Of a stretch of DNA of 64,000 nt, positions 60,580 to 64,000 are shown one piece after another (position 1 is the stretch's first letter; each line of letters begins with the position of its first letter). Origin of the DNA: Chiloscyllium plagiosum (Eukaryota). Location: assembly GCF_004010195.1 (NCBI RefSeq), contig NC_057749.1:8783969-8847968 (forward strand), read 5' to 3'. Position numbers and translations under genes: made by a program. The notes under the pieces are model-generated. The model was not told where the DNA came from and made no database searches. It saw only the letters and a list, made by a program, of their open reading frames with translations.

Positions 60580-61200
60580 TTTTTTTTTTATTCACTTGTG
60601 GGATGTGGCTGTCACTGGCTGCTCAGCATTTATTACCCGTCCCTAGTTATCCTTGAGTTGCCTTCCTGAACCGCTGCAGTCCATGTGCTGAAGGTTGACC
60701 CATAATGCCCTTAGGAAGGGGAATGTCTGGATTTTGACCCAGTGATAGTGAAGGAATGATATTGTATTTTCAAGGCAGGATGGTGAGTGGCCCGAAGGGG
60801 AACCTGCAGAGGGTGGCGTTCCCATTGCTGCTGTTTTTGTCCTTCTAGATGGAAGTGGCTGTGGGCTTAGAAGGTGCTGTCTGAGGATCTTTGGTTAATT
60901 TCTGCAGTGCATCTTGTAGACCATACACACCGCTGCTACTGAGCATCAGTGGTGGAGGGAGTGGATGTGGTGCCAATCAAGTGGGCTGCTTTGTCTTGGA
61001 TGGCGTCAAGCTTCTTGCGTGTTGTTGGAGCTGCCCCCATCCAGGCACGTCAGGAGCATTCCATCACACTCCTGACTTGGGCCTTGTAGATTGTGGGTGC
61101 GTTATCAAACAAGTGATTTGCTCGCTGTCGGATTCCCAGCATCTGACCTGCTGTTGAAGCTCTGTGATTATGTGACAAGTCCAGTTCAATTGTTGATCCA
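60580..61200 (-). mobile_element. Second-family CR1/L2-like LINE 3' end
   Basis: ttcacttgtgggatgtgg..cagcatttatt tail; gtgccaatcaagtgggctgctttgtc. Confidence 0.8.
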
Positions 61201-61296
61201 TGATAAATGTCAATTCAATCATAAATGAAGTCATTTCAAAAATTAATTCTACTCATAAATTTGTTTAAAAAAAATTGGGGAAAAGTTGAGCAGACC

Positions 61297-61555
61297 CTCT
61301 GTGTCTGTGTGGAGTTTGCACATTTACCCCGTGTCTGTGTGGGTTTCCTCTGGGTGTTCCGGTCTCCTCCCCCAATTTCACAGCTTAGGTAAATTGGCCA
61401 TGTTAAATTGATAGTGTCCAAGGATGTGCAGCCTAGGTGGATTAGCCATGGGAAATGCAGGGTCACAGGGATAGGAGGATGGGTCTGAGTGGGATGCACT
61501 TCAGAAGGACAGTGTGGACTCGATGGACTGAATGGCCTGCTTCCAAGCTGTAAGA
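61297..61555 (+). mobile_element. HE1, 5'-truncated
   Basis: V-domain to tail. Confidence 0.85.
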
Positions 61556-62317
61556 TAAACTTGACCTTTGAGATCTCAAAGTCTCTTTGAGATTCAGAGT
61601 GGAGAGGATTTTCCTGGTGGTAACCTCTTATTTAGCCACAAGGTAGGGGATTGCCACCTTGGTCCCATGGGGGGTAACACCCACACATGGACACAGGGCC
61701 AGGACTCACCCAAGTGACGGTGATACCACAAGCTAAATAATGCCAAGTAGGGGAGTGTGCAGCACAAACCAACTTGATGTATAAACATACAAAGAAATGG
61801 GAAGAATTTGTCAAACATTTAAAATAAAAATCAAATATAACTGAATAAGAGGGCTGATCTCATTCTGACTGGAACTTACACACTGTGATATATAAGCACT
61901 GAATGTTTCTGTAACATAAATCCTTGGTCCTCTCATGTTAATGGAGCATTAACACTGATATCATCACCCAGCCGCAGAGCATGTAACCTGATGGATTAGT
62001 GCCCCTATTTAAACAGTGGGCCAAGGAATTTGACTCAACGTGTTAGTGACTGGATGATAGTGTCACACACTGTGTGATCTCCAGGCTGTAATCTCCACAA
62101 AGCACATGAACCTTTCGCTGACATTAAAATCGAATCAATCGAAATTTCTCGAGTAGACAAGTATAAGAACACCCACTATTAATGTGACGTTAAATATTAA
62201 AGGGTTACATTCCATTTTGCCCTCAAAAGGCTAATGGTTTTGGCCGACGCTGGAAGAAACACTGGAGATAAAACATTCTGTCCTATTTATCAACTCTGGG
62301 GTTTTTATTACTTAAGC

Positions 62318-62642
62318 AATAGGTGTGGCCTTCATTCAAAAGAAGCAGTGAATCACAGAATCCCTGCAGTGCAGAGAGAGGCCATTTGGCCCATTGTGTC
62401 TGCACTGATTCTCCAAAGAGCATTCCATTCAAACCCAGCACCCCCCACCCTATCCATGTAACCCTGCATTTCCCGTGGCCAATCCACCCTAAGCTGCACA
62501 TCTTTGGATTATGGGAGAAAACCGGAGCACCCAGAGGAAACCCACGTAGACACCGGGAGAGTGTGCAAACTCCACACAGACAGCTGCCCGAGGGTGGAAT
62601 CGAACCCAAGTTCCTGACGCCATGAAGTAGCAGTGCTAATAG
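62318..62642 (-). mobile_element. HE1 with 3' extension shared with the 40891 copy
   Basis: aataggtgtgg.cttcattcaaaagaagcag abuts the HE1 tail. Confidence 0.85.
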
Positions 62643-62896
62643 GCAGGTGGGTGAAGTGAAATGTGCCATAACGTTTGGCAAAGGTTGGGCAAAACCAGAG
62701 AGAGAAAGCATGGCCCTGTTTCCTCTTGCCTTCACATCCCTCATCGCCTTTTAACACTCGACAGTTGAGCACCGACACGGTGGAGTTTGCGACTGAATCA
62801 TGCCACATTCAGTGCCACATGGAGGTCATTCAGCCCATCGAGTATGAAGCCAGTTCTTATGAAGAGAAATCCAGTCAACCCTATCATCGATTCCGC

Positions 62897-63075
62897 TGGG
62901 CGAAAGTGAGGACCACAGATGCTGAAGATTGGTGCACACTCAGCCCCATCCACCCTCCTATTTATCTCTCTACCCCCGAGGCTCCCAACCTCATTCCTGA
63001 TGAAGAGCCTATGCTGGAAAAGTTGATTCTTCTGCCTGACCTGCTGTGCTTTTCCAGCACCACACTCTCAACCTC
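62897..63075 (+). mobile_element. PLE family A fragment with a short inverted terminus and degenerate hammerhead (from 62997)
   Basis: gaaagtgaggacc.cagatgctg (inverted), then ctgatgaagagcctatgctggaaaa..ccagcaccacact. Confidence 0.65.
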
Positions 63076-63874
63076 TACCATCCCCACCCCCAACACGTCC
63101 TTTCCCTTTTTCTCTCCAAATGTTTACCCGATTTCCTTTTGAACATTAATTTGAATCTGTGTCCACCTCAATATCAATCCTCCACACACTTGTGTTTCTC
63201 CTTTGCCACCTCAAGTTCTTTTGTCAACATGGTGTTAAATCTAGAACACCTGATTATTCATTCTTTAGCCATTTGAAAACATTTCCATTTATTCTGGCTC
63301 CATCCTTCATCACTTTATGCATCAAATCACCTCCGCTTTCACAGCTCTTGGGAGAGCTATCCAAAAGTTCTTTGTAAATCCTTGTCCCTACAGTCACCCT
63401 TGCAAACATTTTCTGAGCCCTCTATAAACTTTCCACAATTTCTGGTACCATAGTTACGGTGGAGTCTATAGGTTCAGCCAAACCTCTTTATTTTTGTCCT
63501 CTTTATCCGTTTTTTTGTAAAGCCTATTTGAAAGCTCAATTTCTGAATGACCCTTTATAGCCACAACTTTGTCAGACAATTGCATGCAGCTTGGTTGTTC
63601 CTATCATGCGAGCAGCTCTGCTTCTTTGTTTCTTTTTCCCAAGGGCTCTTGCGTGTTCTCGAGGGAAGCTTTATCATTTTCTCGGGCTACCTTTTGGATT
63701 TCAGGGTACTCTTTTCAACTCTCTAACTCATTTATTAGGTGAAACTGTCTCATATGCTGTCTGTCTTTGAATTGTCATAAGGAGAATTTGGACTCCTTCA
63801 AAACAGGTTTGGCAGAATTCATCAGTATTCTCAATTATCAGCAGTCCATCAAACTCGAAGCTGCCACACAGACG

Positions 63875-64000
63875 ACACAGTGACTCAGTGGTTAGCACTG
63901 CTGCCTCAACAGTGATAGTTTGATTCCAGCCTCTGGTGACTGTCTGTGTGTAGTTTGCACATTCTCCCCGTGCCTGTGTGGGTTTCCTTCGGGTGCTCCG
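63875..64000 (+). mobile_element. HE1 5' part (runs off the window)
   Basis: cagtggttagcactgctgcctc head and V-domain. Confidence 0.85.

Overview
This is a repeat-dominated, apparently intronic or intergenic window from an elasmobranch (shark-like) genome. The species group is inferred from many HE1 V-SINE copies and HER1/CR1-type LINE remnants. I could not support any intact host protein-coding exon. Most ORFs in the track are decayed CR1/HER1, second-family CR1/L2-like, Rex1, Tx1/L1 or Penelope fragments, SINE read-throughs or low-complexity sequence. Other repeats include a second tRNA-headed SINE sharing its 3' end with the CR1/L2-like LINE, Deu-domain SINE remnants, a MER131-like SINE, a 33-bp minisatellite and two assembly gaps. 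The most notable signal is a set of Penelope-like element (PLE) terminal fragments carrying minimal hammerhead ribozyme motifs. Four have intact catalytic cores, stem II shows compensatory changes between copies, and stem III is palindromic with no loop. Several fragments form inverted hairpin structures. Two local tandem duplications (about 505 bp and 133 bp) are both tied to short 3' tails of the same LINE subfamily. Family names come from recalled consensus features, not database searches, and repeat boundaries are approximate (about +/-20 bp unless exact junctions are given).
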